Shown here in pieces: positions 32,101-41,500 of a DNA stretch of 64,000 nt (its first letter is position 1; each line of letters begins with the position of its first letter). The position numbers were made by a program, and so were the translations under genes. Under the pieces are notes generated by a model that worked only from the letters and a program-made list of their open reading frames with translations, made no database searches and was not told where the DNA came from. This DNA comes from an uncultured Clostridia bacterium (GTDB taxonomy: Bacteria > Bacillota > Clostridia > TANB77 > CAG-508). The DNA is taken from NCBI GenBank assembly GCA_948678575.1, contig CAPPGO010000001.1, positions 195,951 through 259,950 on the forward strand, written 5' to 3'.

Positions 32101-33056
32101 TGAGTTGTTGATGGATTTTCTTTTATGAAACTTTCTTCAACATAATCAATTGAGAAAGGTCCTATTGTATATGTGTTTGTATCAGTATCGAATGTAACTG
32201 TTACTTTATCTTTTCCTGTTGCTTTTCCATTTTCATCTTTTTCTACTGTACCATCTTGGTTAGCATCTTCATTATATACTGGGTTATATTCAAGTTCTGG
32301 TGCAGGAACTGTTCCTGTATGAACTTCTCCATCTAATTCGAATTCATAATCTGTATTAACAAAGTCATCTTCATTAATGCTTTTTGCTATTTGTTTAATA
32401 TATCCATAAAAAGCTTCTGCTTCTTCATATAATGCATTTATGGTACTATGGTTTGTACCTTTATTATCATCAGTAACCCACCATGCATACTGTATTGTTG
32501 AGTAGTTGTCTGGATAGAATACTTTTAATCTATCTTCTGGTTCAACTTCTGCAATCATTTCAGCTAATATGTATGAGTTATCAGGACTTGTTACAACTAT
32601 TTCAGTTGCTTCAAACCATGCCCAGCTTTCTGAATTATATTCAGAATCTGTATATGGTGTTTGAGGATTGCTTGAATCTTTTATTGTTAAAGCTGTTTGA
32701 TTTCCTTCATCTGCTTTTGTTAATTCTCCAATTAATTTTCCACTATCTGTTGTTGTAGTAGAACTACCACCAGCAGTTAATGTAGCAGCTGCAACACCTC
32801 TTAAATGTGAATCATTACCACCATGATAACAACAAAGGATGTCATATCTATCAAGTAAATCTTCTAATGTCATATATTGACCTTCGAAGTTTATTGTTTC
32901 AGATGTACCATAAGTTCCTTTTGAATCCATTTCTGTTGAAACTTTTGTTGCATAAGCTGCAACAACGGCAACAGTGCTTAATAATGTAATTATTATTATT
33001 AATGAAACTATTAATCTTTTGTCTAAATCTTTAAATAATTTCTTCATATTAAACAC
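26187..33056 (-). CDS. Giant cell-surface adhesin, B-type (2289 aa): putative N-terminal thioester-like domain, Cys/His-rich insert, multiple Cna-B/SpaA-like domains, SdrD-B-like domains, C-terminal TPPTGLN sorting-signal-like motif plus TM and basic tail
   Basis: The N-terminal signal/TM is followed by conserved ILCCYHGG...STIQYAWW motifs. Repeated modules end in YKVEEVNIPEGAKL, YEVKEINLPDGWEL and YSVSETAMPEGWKQ, which fit the YxVxExxxPxGW pattern. SdrD-B-like domains are present (GVVWEDAPLNEED..., GMAWEDKETEKIDYN...GNYVVRFTYGD). The C-terminus is FTPPTGLNTKT + LIVSVVALVILAVGIVII + KKTVLKK. The start may instead be the ATG at 33047. Confidence 0.7.
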   Translation of the reverse strand: MFNMKKLFKDLDKRLIVSLIIIITLLSTVAVVAAYATKVSTEMDSKGTYGTSETINFEGQYMTLEDLLDRYDILCCYHGGNDSHLRGVAAATLTAGGSSTTTTDSGKLIGELTKADEGNQTALTIKDSSNPQTPYTDSEYNSESWAWFEATEIVVTSPDNSYILAEMIAEVEPEDRLKVFYPDNYSTIQYAWWVTDDNKGTNHSTINALYEEAEAFYGYIKQIAKSINEDDFVNTDYEFELDGEVHTGTVPAPELEYNPVYNEDANQDGTVEKDENGKATGKDKVTVTFDTDTNTYTIGPFSIDYVEESFIKENPSTTQDQRDPVQFAGITNAQLFVKQNGAEIEVPFAIKEDEEGIENPIQEIEGAKWKFNFLKDQRETTDNYRFPHANEVFYIELDYMEGVTELTNLHFDFKYMNAGGRYERLEGTYFEQTWTPNSEVSQYCSGSCGHSSHGEDSTCDGKCSHGYSSKHAIKWNYWLDLTGMKEQTAQMLGYGVIGARWYLYTDLDLNDGPDLDKPGEWSYKINKKVVDKNGNPVTTSDKFVFEVYKNGELFDRVKVPANRTFVSGTYKLAIGEDTPTIEVKEAFEGDIADNYKLKDIQKTIEGENTFVFNVTNTEQPHYGRVHITKHFDEKHKDWEFQFKLYIDNKLFVNDKTTSDGIITIHPGETWDSGDIEYTGDAPRYKVEEVNIPEGAKLYKITNKEGKLGEDVEINAYNTDDGNDWDSAEISIQKVLDGNVTSTESFTVVLEVGGTTYTKTLKAGQTWSDKYVWKKGTTPPKYEVKEINLPDGWELLGIENGSGTLEKDKKISVKVTNKATNPKSGRISITKKIETDDKIGVDNNVEFSFAARISGTFECDGESIVNGTKIINTTLKPNETWTSPEITWLGDAPTYSVSETAMPEGWKQLSISSSNGTILDDKTIEVICTNEYKIITEYDLTMAMSGVVWEDAPLNEEDKNTEDSVANGKYDNGELGIPNVEVFIWKVLYQGQTEVSRVLAKGYEAGSDTEISYPIYTSADGIWEAPRMSVPGLTDEEKASGITRANYDVEFYYDGQTYKPTDFLVSGSASDFRRGNNARRNEYNRDSMAIEDPAEREAFDNKFATITGDTPIYDDGSTDGYAIGTDGGRTDLLYYSTDSIPSLDGNTRKISDLQTLNDGYIREQFRMPARTSTGGLTWPFDNKYHLEYIEKYLNKIESGIIIKYHYSATYPYLLNINLGLVRRDEAELAVTKDVYSANVVVNQKLMNYKYNEYIDFENEEYKDYLNLQLKVADANISYKLDLYESDYYYRAKVYEGNEVRGALEEFYRSIGKDNLSEELDLDVFLTYKIGVYNNSDSYLADVKKLTDYFDEDLELVDTTVSRYIQEANGISVDRETTVATPAYVIKKGPSGDSMWAEQLTKSIEGKINVTGDLVNSSIDTVAEASGNEGMEISEKVRSEEGKKYYKAEIDLSDQDFRLAVGEKLEVYLTFKVRTDEAPAVFGDQSGLSDAVRSYVRLGTKSNVAEIGAYSTYYADTQKIAGKIDKDSAANNVDIENKNTKEWYEDDCDSAPIITLDLYKETRDVTGMAWEDKETEKIDYNQVVGNGIYDDDERLIGNLTTQMVEKVRVKQPEGTETYKEYDFVWPTAQSFDFLNGKTLEEITGFDSITLTSNRPEDTGMYKFANIPAGNYVVRFTYGDFPSDSLDDEGNLVKLDGVAEPQTSDDNSRHPAVYNGQDFKTTTYQADIVGEDGKTANVSNNDGYIDNEWYDFTTCKYDENGEVITHNSDAIDNESRRLEVMAYSRVLDHTITSVLATANNYTADHTELYKNTSMFADTAKINLNIENMNSLAGQKVIITDRITGEQTEVIAGGEETQNGITSNYVYGKSDINGAKGTVTYINYNYVIEAVDIGIEERSNTEIVLDKEIESITLTPNTGTDPILKAVYDISYDYTLDEDTGKASYKANVELNKEKSFGTEHLLAQNKNEEEGLQNFRYIYYDDTIAQSLNLEVKYRFTVLNIGEVDRANPFVENSTPEELLAKAEEIKDQTYVKVDGKLTSVKHPKVGEFIGSIYYIGKNEAYTQSDIVVTTTIRQLIDYVDNDAVFKADQNNELNTSWKSTTPDELLEAKAIDSNIIGEYDGINNIVDDRGIAYSTNERSNLILSVDGVNGDKLANPDFIIKLVPFSASNQNSELDTSCETLMNLTMTRSIDSEIDEDDLTYDNIAEIVKFENTVGKRDIETIAGNADPKLGEFTVSLDERDASATELITFTPPTGLNTKTALTIQMLIVSVVALVILAVGIVIIKKTVLKK

Positions 33057-36000
33057 CTGCCTTTCTTTTTTTCAATATTATTTGCGTGTAAGCTATAAAT
33101 ATAACTATTGATCCTAAGATTACACTTGTTATAATTACTGAGATATAAATGAATACTTCACCAGTTTTTACTGTGATAATAGCATCTGCTGATCCCATAT
33201 CATTTTCACCTTGTGCTTTATTCATTGGTGTAGAGTTTATATCTGATACACCATAAATGTTATAATCTTCTGCAATCTCTGCAATGTTGTTTACGATACC
33301 AGATGTATTTTCTTCTGTCATTTGTTTAGTTAAAACTAATTTTATTTCTCTTGTTTCACCTGGTTTTAATTCTACATCTGCTAATGCTGATGTATATAAA
33401 TTTCCATCTGTACCTGTGTACCAATCTGGATTTAATGTTGAGTTAAATGTCATTCCTGCTGGAATGTAATCAATTATTCTCTTAATATTTCCTGCGATTT
33501 CCCCAACATTTGATACTTTAATACTATATTCAATATATGTTGTTGAACTTGATAAATATTTAGCTGCGATTGGCATTTGTGCTAATGTAACATTATCAAA
33601 TTGTACACTATCTGTGCCTGCTTTATTTTGAACTGTCATTTTTGTAATAGAAGTTTCTAAACTTAAATCAAATGTATCTGCATATACAAAACCTATATCC
33701 ATGTTTGATACACTTGAATCTGCAATTGTAATTCTATCTGTAACAGCTGCATTTCTTTGTCTACCATCTTGTTCAATCTTTGTTGTAATAGCATCAGAGT
33801 TTACATTTGCTTCAACTCCTGCTTTTTGATATGTTGTAACTGTATATTTTACAGTATCATAATCAAATATTACTAAGTAGTTTCCATTTGCAACACCAGC
33901 AAAAGTATAAGCTCCTTTACTATCTGTTGTAATAGATTTTACCACTGTTCCTGTATCAGCATTTACAAGTCTTGCTGTAATTCCTGACATTTTTTGTTCG
34001 TTTTCTGCTCTCATACCATCTTTGTCTTCATCTAACCAAGCATTACCTGTAATTTTATAAGTTTTTACAATGTTTGAATTTGATGCTGAACTACTATTGC
34101 TTGTTGCTCCTGTATTTTGAACAGCTTCTTCAACTACTTGATTTGAATAGTTTGGGTCTGCTTCTATAATATGTGTTATTTCATTTGAAAGCATTGGGCT
34201 TTCCATTGTTTTTGTTTGTATGCTACCTTTATTTGTAACTGTTGCTTCGGCAGCTCCGTCAAGGTTTTTAGCTATTGCTTTAACTGTTGCTTTAAGTTCT
34301 GTATCAACTGGTATACTCACTGTAATTGTTGGTTCTGTTGAACCAGAAACTCTCTTTGTAGATTCTCTTCCATTTATTCCATATGTAATTGATTTTGCAA
34401 GTAAACCTTCTGGTACATAATCTATTAAGCTAACATCTTGTGCTTCAAAAGAACCTTCATTTTTTATTGTAAATACATATTCAATTGTTTCACCCTCAGT
34501 TACATAAGTATCTGTTGTATTTGTTGTTTGTGTAAATACTAAACTTGGTCTACCAATTCCTAAACTAATTTCATTTGATGTAACTGCATCTACACCATCA
34601 GCTTTGGCATTTGCTGTTACTGTTACAACTTTATATGTTGAACCATTATCTAGTTCTTTTGTTATTACAAATATTTGAGCTTGTGCTGTTGTTTTTGATT
34701 TTAATGTTCCTACATTTACTGTAACTGTTCTTGTACTATCATCATAATTAACTACTGCTCCATTTTTACCTGTTGTTGGTGTTGATGATGCTTCAAGTAA
34801 AAATCCTTCTTTGTATGAAACTTCATCTGGAAGTTTAAATTCTATTACAGCATTTTGTAAATCTTCATTTGAAAGATTTGTTGCTGTTATATCATATTTA
34901 ACTTCACGATTTTCAGCAATTGTTGTATTTTCTTCTGTAAAGTTATGTCCTATTTCTACTTTAAGAACTGTTTTTTCTATTGCAATATTAACTGGTTCTG
35001 AAACAACTGGCTCTTCTAAATCATCAGCTGTTGCTGTTGCTGTTATGCTAACATCTTTTTCTTCCCCTGCTCTTGCTGAAAGAACAAATCTTAATTCTTT
35101 TACTTCATCAACTCCTAGTGTAGGAATTGTGAATTCTATTATTCCATTTTCACTACTTGATGTAATTCCTTCTTCAACTGGAATATCTTCTATAACAAAT
35201 CCATTATCTACTGGAATTGTTATTTTTACATTTTGTGCAGAAGTTTTTCCTGTATTTTTTACTTCTACTTTATATGTCATTTCTTCATATTCTTTAATAG
35301 ATGTTTCTACATCAGAAGAAAGTTTGATTGAAAGTTCTGGACCTTCACCTGTACTTAAACCGATTTTATCAGCTTTACTTTCTTCATCAACTGTTGCTAC
35401 ATCTGTATGATTTTTGTAGTATGCTAAAAATGTACCATAAATACTTTCATTTAATTTCAAGTCTGCTGGAATTTTATATTCATAAGTAAATCTTAAAACT
35501 TCAGCAACTAACATTTGATAATTACTATCAGTTGGAACTATTAAATAAGATTTAATATTGTCAAAGTTTTCTACTTCTGTTGTCCAACCATTTGAACTAT
35601 CATTTAGGTCTTTTGTTGCTTCTCCGTTTTCAGAATAATAAATTGTAAAGTTTGTATTATTCTTTTCATCTGCAACTATTCTTGATACTAATGTTGTATC
35701 TATTGTTGTTCCTAAATCTTCACCTGTTTTTATATCTTTAACACCTTTAAAAGGTATTCTTCCTAATATACTTAAATCAGAAACTATATTGTTATTATTG
35801 TTCATAACTATAATTTCCATTGTTGCAACCTTTTCAACATCATTCTTGGCTATTTCAGCTTCCTTTTCACCTTGTTTAATAGATGTTAAAACTGTTCCTG
35901 CAAAATCGAAGTTGCTTGTACTATTTACTGTTACTAATCCTGTTGGTGCAGAATAGTAAATTGGTAATTGTGTTAATCCACCATCTACATAACTTGTATA

Positions 36001-38154
36001 TTCAGCGTTTGTATATTTTAATACAAATTGACTTTCAGTTGCTGGTGCATATAAGTCTACTTTTATATTAGTATTTAATACTATGTTAGTACCATTGTTA
36101 AGTACACCTGTACTTATTGAATTTTGTGTTCCATCAACTGTAACTTTAATATATTTTGCACCCTCAATATCATATACTTCAATATTAGAAATCTCTAATC
36201 CTTCACCATACATGATACTGCTATCTGTAACTTCTACATCTGTTACATAATCTGGCATTCTAATTTCAAATTCTGAATGTCCATAAACATCTGATTCATC
36301 AGTGTTGTTGTTTAATTCTAATCTTAATTCTACATCTTCATTTGGTGTAAGTGTTGATAAGTTATCTCTATCCATTACTAATGTAGCTTTTGTTGTTACA
36401 TCATTTAATATAACTTTATTTTCTGTTTCTCCAATAATTGCTAAATCATCTACATAAGTATATTTAGCTTTTCCTACTGTTTTTGAAACTAATTCTTTAA
36501 ATATTTTGTATTCTTCTTTTGAATACATACTATTTGAACTTTCTTTTATATTAGAAATGATTAAGTTTCCTTGTGCAATTGCTTTGCTTGTTTCAATTAC
36601 AACTCTTGAATTTTTTGAAATAAAATCAAATACGAAATCTCCATCATCATTTACTTCATAATTATTATCAAATTTTACTAATTCATTTCCATCTATATCT
36701 TTAATTGTAACACTTCCATCTTCTCCTAAAAGATTTATCATGTTATCTTTATTTATTTTAATTTGTTTGTAATAAACATCGTCAGCAGAAAATACATTTC
36801 CATTTTCTGATACATAATAATTTTCTAAATCTTCTACAACAATTCCTTCTACTATTTCTGAGTATGAAATATTTATTGTTGTTTTAGAATTATATTCAAC
36901 TTGATATCTATCACTTGAATTATAATTTACATAAGTATAAGCTTTGCTTACGTTTTCTGTTTCATTATTTATATTATAAGATACTATGTCACCAGTCTCT
37001 TCATTTAATTCAAAATTGAATTCTTCTTCGTTTGTTACTTTATTAATATAATCAGCATCTGATACACCACTAAATGTTGTAACTTCACTGTTTATTTTTG
37101 TATTTACATTAACTTCTTCTACTGTATCTAAATCTTCATAGGTATATGTAATTACATAAGTGTCCATTCCAGATTTTGAATAAAATCTTTCTTCTTCACT
37201 AACTTCTGCTTCACCATCTATAAGGTTATCATTTTCACCTGCATTTGAAACTTCTACTAATTCTTTTTCATTTGCTACTGAAATTGTTAACATATTTGTT
37301 TCTGCATCATATCCCCAGTTTCCAGTTCCGAACTCAACTTTCTCATCTGATTTGCCATTTGTTCCAGCAGTTGAAGTTGCTAATACTTGCATACTTGTTG
37401 CTTGAACTCCATTTATTTTTGGAGCTTCAATCTTTACAATTGAATTTCTAACTGGTAGAGAATTTCCTTCAACAGTATTATCTACATTAACAACAGTTTG
37501 AAGAATAACACCTGTTTTATCTCCATCACCGTATTTTATATATTTTGTTACTTCACTAGAAGTTTTTACTTCTCTATCATCTTTCCAAAAAACATTTATA
37601 TCAACTTCTTTTAAAAGTTCAGTTTCTTCACCTTCATCATCTACATAGATTCCTGTGAAAACAACTTGACTATCTCTATAAAGTTTTTCGTCATTTACAT
37701 ATTCCTCATTTTGATATTCAATTGGAATATTTAATACAACTTCTGAGTTATAATCAACTTGCTTTAAAGAAATAACGTCATCTTCAACATTTTGTATTGT
37801 TTCTGTTTCTTCAAACTCTCCTTTTAACTTGAAGTTTAACTTTTCGTCTTCTTCTTTTGGTTTGATAGCTATTTTTGCATCTTTCAAATATCCACTATCT
37901 TTTACATTCAAATCCAAAGTAATAGCTAATTCTTCTGCATTTACATCACTAATAACCGAATAAGATTTGTCTTCTTCGGTTCCAAAATAAGCATCAAATT
38001 CAACTTGTTTATGGCCTGTTGATGATTCTTCACCAAACCATGTTTCAAATATTGATGTTGCTAATGCCTCAGTAGTGAAAGCAAAATTAGCAAAAGTCAA
38101 TGTGAATACAAGAATTCCTGCTAAAACTTTTTGTGACATTTTGTTTTTTAGCAT
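33049..38154 (-). CDS. Giant cell-surface protein, A-type (1701 aa): signal peptide, DUF11 (conserved repeat domain) repeats, SdrD-B-like domain, C-terminal ITVKTG motif plus TM and KKRKAGV tail
   Basis: DUF11-like repeats include YKVEVKNTGKTSAQNVKITIPVDNGF, KYDITATNLSNEDLQNAVIEFKLPDEV and IEYVFTIKNEGSFEAQDVSLIDYVPEGL. The SdrD-B-like region is GNAWLDEDKDGMRAENE...TDSKGAYTFAGVANGNYLVIFDYD. Its stop overlaps the B2 start, which implies translational coupling. Confidence 0.7.
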   Translation of the reverse strand: MLKNKMSQKVLAGILVFTLTFANFAFTTEALATSIFETWFGEESSTGHKQVEFDAYFGTEEDKSYSVISDVNAEELAITLDLNVKDSGYLKDAKIAIKPKEEDEKLNFKLKGEFEETETIQNVEDDVISLKQVDYNSEVVLNIPIEYQNEEYVNDEKLYRDSQVVFTGIYVDDEGEETELLKEVDINVFWKDDREVKTSSEVTKYIKYGDGDKTGVILQTVVNVDNTVEGNSLPVRNSIVKIEAPKINGVQATSMQVLATSTAGTNGKSDEKVEFGTGNWGYDAETNMLTISVANEKELVEVSNAGENDNLIDGEAEVSEEERFYSKSGMDTYVITYTYEDLDTVEEVNVNTKINSEVTTFSGVSDADYINKVTNEEEFNFELNEETGDIVSYNINNETENVSKAYTYVNYNSSDRYQVEYNSKTTINISYSEIVEGIVVEDLENYYVSENGNVFSADDVYYKQIKINKDNMINLLGEDGSVTIKDIDGNELVKFDNNYEVNDDGDFVFDFISKNSRVVIETSKAIAQGNLIISNIKESSNSMYSKEEYKIFKELVSKTVGKAKYTYVDDLAIIGETENKVILNDVTTKATLVMDRDNLSTLTPNEDVELRLELNNNTDESDVYGHSEFEIRMPDYVTDVEVTDSSIMYGEGLEISNIEVYDIEGAKYIKVTVDGTQNSISTGVLNNGTNIVLNTNIKVDLYAPATESQFVLKYTNAEYTSYVDGGLTQLPIYYSAPTGLVTVNSTSNFDFAGTVLTSIKQGEKEAEIAKNDVEKVATMEIIVMNNNNNIVSDLSILGRIPFKGVKDIKTGEDLGTTIDTTLVSRIVADEKNNTNFTIYYSENGEATKDLNDSSNGWTTEVENFDNIKSYLIVPTDSNYQMLVAEVLRFTYEYKIPADLKLNESIYGTFLAYYKNHTDVATVDEESKADKIGLSTGEGPELSIKLSSDVETSIKEYEEMTYKVEVKNTGKTSAQNVKITIPVDNGFVIEDIPVEEGITSSSENGIIEFTIPTLGVDEVKELRFVLSARAGEEKDVSITATATADDLEEPVVSEPVNIAIEKTVLKVEIGHNFTEENTTIAENREVKYDITATNLSNEDLQNAVIEFKLPDEVSYKEGFLLEASSTPTTGKNGAVVNYDDSTRTVTVNVGTLKSKTTAQAQIFVITKELDNGSTYKVVTVTANAKADGVDAVTSNEISLGIGRPSLVFTQTTNTTDTYVTEGETIEYVFTIKNEGSFEAQDVSLIDYVPEGLLAKSITYGINGRESTKRVSGSTEPTITVSIPVDTELKATVKAIAKNLDGAAEATVTNKGSIQTKTMESPMLSNEITHIIEADPNYSNQVVEEAVQNTGATSNSSSASNSNIVKTYKITGNAWLDEDKDGMRAENEQKMSGITARLVNADTGTVVKSITTDSKGAYTFAGVANGNYLVIFDYDTVKYTVTTYQKAGVEANVNSDAITTKIEQDGRQRNAAVTDRITIADSSVSNMDIGFVYADTFDLSLETSITKMTVQNKAGTDSVQFDNVTLAQMPIAAKYLSSSTTYIEYSIKVSNVGEIAGNIKRIIDYIPAGMTFNSTLNPDWYTGTDGNLYTSALADVELKPGETREIKLVLTKQMTEENTSGIVNNIAEIAEDYNIYGVSDINSTPMNKAQGENDMGSADAIITVKTGEVFIYISVIITSVILGSIVIFIAYTQIILKKRKAGV

Positions 38155-38395
38155 AAATTCATCCTCCTAACAAACTTTTTGACATAGTATGACTCTATTA
38201 TCATATATACTATATTTTACTACACTTAAAGTTCAAGTCAATAGCTTAAACCTTTGTGTTTCATAACTTTTACAAACATTCCCTTAAAGTATTTACGGAA
38301 ACTAACTTCATAAAAATTATATGTTAAAATATAAAATTTTTATTACATTTAATTTCGTTAAAAATGGCTTATTTGTAAAAGCCTACTCAATATTT

Positions 38396-38424
38396 ATTAT
38401 ACCAATTTATGTAAAGTTTTTCAA
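38396..38424 (-). promoter_or_regulatory. Strong putative sigma-A promoter for the A2-B2 module (-35 TTGAAA, 17-nt spacer, -10 TATAAT)
   Basis: The minus strand reads ggTTGAAAaactttacataaattggTATAATaaatattgag. This implies a 5' leader of about 235 nt before the A2 ATG at 38154, whose RBS is AGGAGGA. Confidence 0.55.
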
Positions 38425-38526
38425 CCTTTTTTGTGGTTTTTTAATATTTTTTTGATTTTTTTTGGCTATTTTAGGGAACTTAGCAACTTTTTTTGTCTGA
38501 TTGAACATTTTTTGTGTTTTTTAGAC

Positions 38527-38560
38527 AAAAAACGACCCACAAATTTTTTACAATTTGTGG
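38527..38560 (-). terminator. Rho-independent terminator after the B1 giant gene (stem CCACAAATT / AATTTGTGG, followed on the minus strand by GTCGTTTTTTGTC)
   Basis: A 9-bp perfect stem with a 6-nt loop sits 20 nt 3' of the B1 stop and is followed by a U6 tract. Confidence 0.7.
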
Positions 38561-38577
38561 ATCATTTTTATAAGAAT

Positions 38578-41500
38578 TTATTTAATTCTTCTCTTATGAT
38601 AAAGTGTTATTCCGACTGTAACTGCTACGCATGCAAGCGCTACAACAATTATTACAACTACTGTATAACTTGCTCCCTTAACTACATCTCTTACTACTCT
38701 ATTAATTCTGTTTAAACCTGTTGGTGGAGTTAATGTTACTTTTTCAACGGAAGCCGTATCACTTTCTGTTCTACCTTCGTGGAATTCTGGACTTTCATTT
38801 GATATTTCTTCTATTTTTGCATTACCTATTGTTGTTGCTAAGTTTGTAACCCTACCAGTTACTGATGAGTATTGTATAATTTCAGCTATGTTTTCATAAG
38901 TCATATCATCTGTCTTATCTTCTGGTGAAAGTACTTTTGATGTTGCTAATGATATAATACCTATACTTTCATTACTGTCTGCATATCTTGGGAATAAGAA
39001 TCTACTAAATTTCTTATTAACTGTTGTGTCTTGATCTGCTGGTAAGTCATCTCTTACCCTATCATCTAATGACAATGCCAAGTTGCTTCTTTCTGCTGTA
39101 TCATATGCTCTTCCATCTGCATCTACTAATTTATAATCTTCTGTTGTTGTATTATCTGTTACTGGTTTTCCATTTGAATCATAATATGTATATGTAAATT
39201 TATTAAGCATATTTGCATCATATAATTCTTTTGTTGTTGTTGTCTTCCATAAGTTGTTTTCGCCTCTATTTTCATCATTGTTAAATACTAAATCATTATC
39301 TACATAATCTAATATTTTATCTATTTTTAATTCTGCAATTACTTCCATAGCATCATTTATTTTACCTGTATAATATGTTGATCCTAAATATCTTCCATAG
39401 TATCCCGTTGTACCACTATGTGGATTTCCTGCATTTGGTGCCTTTTGAATGTCTGCTATTTCAACTACTTTATCATTATTAGCTAATAAGTCTTTAACTT
39501 TAACTCTGTAAAGTATATCTTTATTAGTTAAATCTTTCTTAATATTGCCACCTTCTAATTCATAACGATAATATTCACTAAACATTGCATTTCTTGCTGT
39601 TAAAGCTGGTGAATAATTATGATTTATGAATGTTGGTTTATTATTAATATCGCTTACTTGGTAAGTAACTTCATCATATACTTGATTTTGTGTTCCGCCA
39701 AGTTTTGCATATTTTTCAGTTTCTGTATTTTCTTTAAATCTTAAATCTGAAAGATTTGAAGAAACCCTATCAACTTCACTTATGTTTGTTCCAGTGAATA
39801 GATATTTAACTTTAATTGTTGCACCTTGCAATATATTGTCATCAAGAACAATATATGCAAAACCTTGTGTAGCTTTTACTAAATATTTTCCACTACCTCT
39901 TGGATATTCTTCTAATGCTTGCATTCCATTGCTATCTTTTTCATATTCATTTGGTAAGTATTGAACATTTTGTAATCCTACTGATTTATTTACATTTAAT
40001 TCTGTTCCTGCAACAGCTATTACATAAGTTCCATCATTATTCTTTTGTGCTTCTCCTATATTTCCTCCGCCAGTTGCTACTGCATTTTCAATATCACTAT
40101 TGCTTCCATTAGGATCTACTTTTATAGTATTTCCCTCAGCATCAGTTATGAATGTTGTTGCACCTGTTACAAAATCTGTATTTCTTACTACACCATAGTA
40201 TTCATCAAAAATTGCGTCTACTAATGGTTCAGAAGAATTTGCATTATTTGTATCAGAAGTTAATATAGTAATATTTGAAATATATTTATTCAATGCCAAT
40301 TGTTGTTCTGGTCTATATTGTAAACCAAAATCTATATTAGCAATATTGAATCTTGCTTCTGTAATTGTTTCAGTAACTTTCTTATTATATTCTTTATATG
40401 TTAATATTGTTACTTTTCTTATTTCTTTTTCAGTTCTTACTAAGAAGTCAGTAGTTTCAGAATTCATATATGTTTGTCCTAATAATGCTATTTTATCTGA
40501 TGAATATTTACCTTTTAGTATTTCATTCTTTTGGTTTGTTACTGTCTCTGAGTATCCAATTACTTCAAGTCTTCTAATTTCATCATCTTTTGCATCTGAT
40601 TGTCCTGCTTTTTCAAGAATTTCTAATTTAACATCTCCTGGTGTCTTATCTCCATTTGCTTGTGCATTTTCTGCATAAACACTTTCGTTTGGTTGATATG
40701 TTGTAGATTTATAATCTTGACCATTAAATATGAATCTTTCTTCTGATAAAGCATTAATATCTTCATCAGCTTCTTTATCTCCATAAGTAAATCTTACTAT
40801 ATATTCACCTGGAATATATCCATTAAACATATATGTACCATCTGCTGCTGTTCTTGTCTTCATTACAGAAGCATCTTCACCAGTTTCACCGTTTACATAG
40901 ATTGTATCTTCGTAAACTCTTTCTACTCCTGCGTTTTCTGGATCTGGCATTTTAATAACTTCTATTAATTGTGCTTTTACATCTTTTGCTGAGAAGTCAT
41001 TTTCCTCTTTGTTACTTCCATCTGATTGTTCAAACGCTTTATTCTTTCTAGCATCTTCTAATGCTGATACTCCATCACCATATTTACCATTACCAATATA
41101 TTGTGTACCATCTTCATCTGTTGCTGTTTCACTTCTTGCATCATCCCATACATAACCTTTTAATGTTCTTTGAACATTATATTTGTATTTGTATTCTGGA
41201 TCCTCACCTTGTGGTGGTGGTGTGTCTGGTGGTGGTGGTGAAGGAACTTTTAATAAAATTCCTGTTTTAAATGTATCATCTTCAAAGAATTTTAAATACT
41301 CTGAACTATCAACATTTGATACTGATTCATAAGTTTCTCCAAAGTTATTTGGATTAGAATCTTTATCTATTAAACTTGCTGATTTATAATTTTCTCCATC
41401 TTTATAGTATGTAGAATAACTACTAATTTCAGCAACATTTTCCTTTATACCTAAGATTGTTTCAATTTCTTTAATGTCAGGATTTTCAAGCTCTTTTTCA

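Noticed and set aside
38187-38225. Plus-strand TTGACA-18-ATATAT promoter-like element upstream of A2
   Set aside because: It is oriented away from every gene in the region (it would transcribe into the intergenic spacer or antisense), so there is no supporting context.
38489-38532. 10-bp inverted repeat TTTTTTGTCT...AGACAAAAAA with a loop of about 24 nt
   Set aside because: The loop is too long for a stable terminator. The element partly coincides with the U-tract of the adjacent, better 9-bp-stem terminator.
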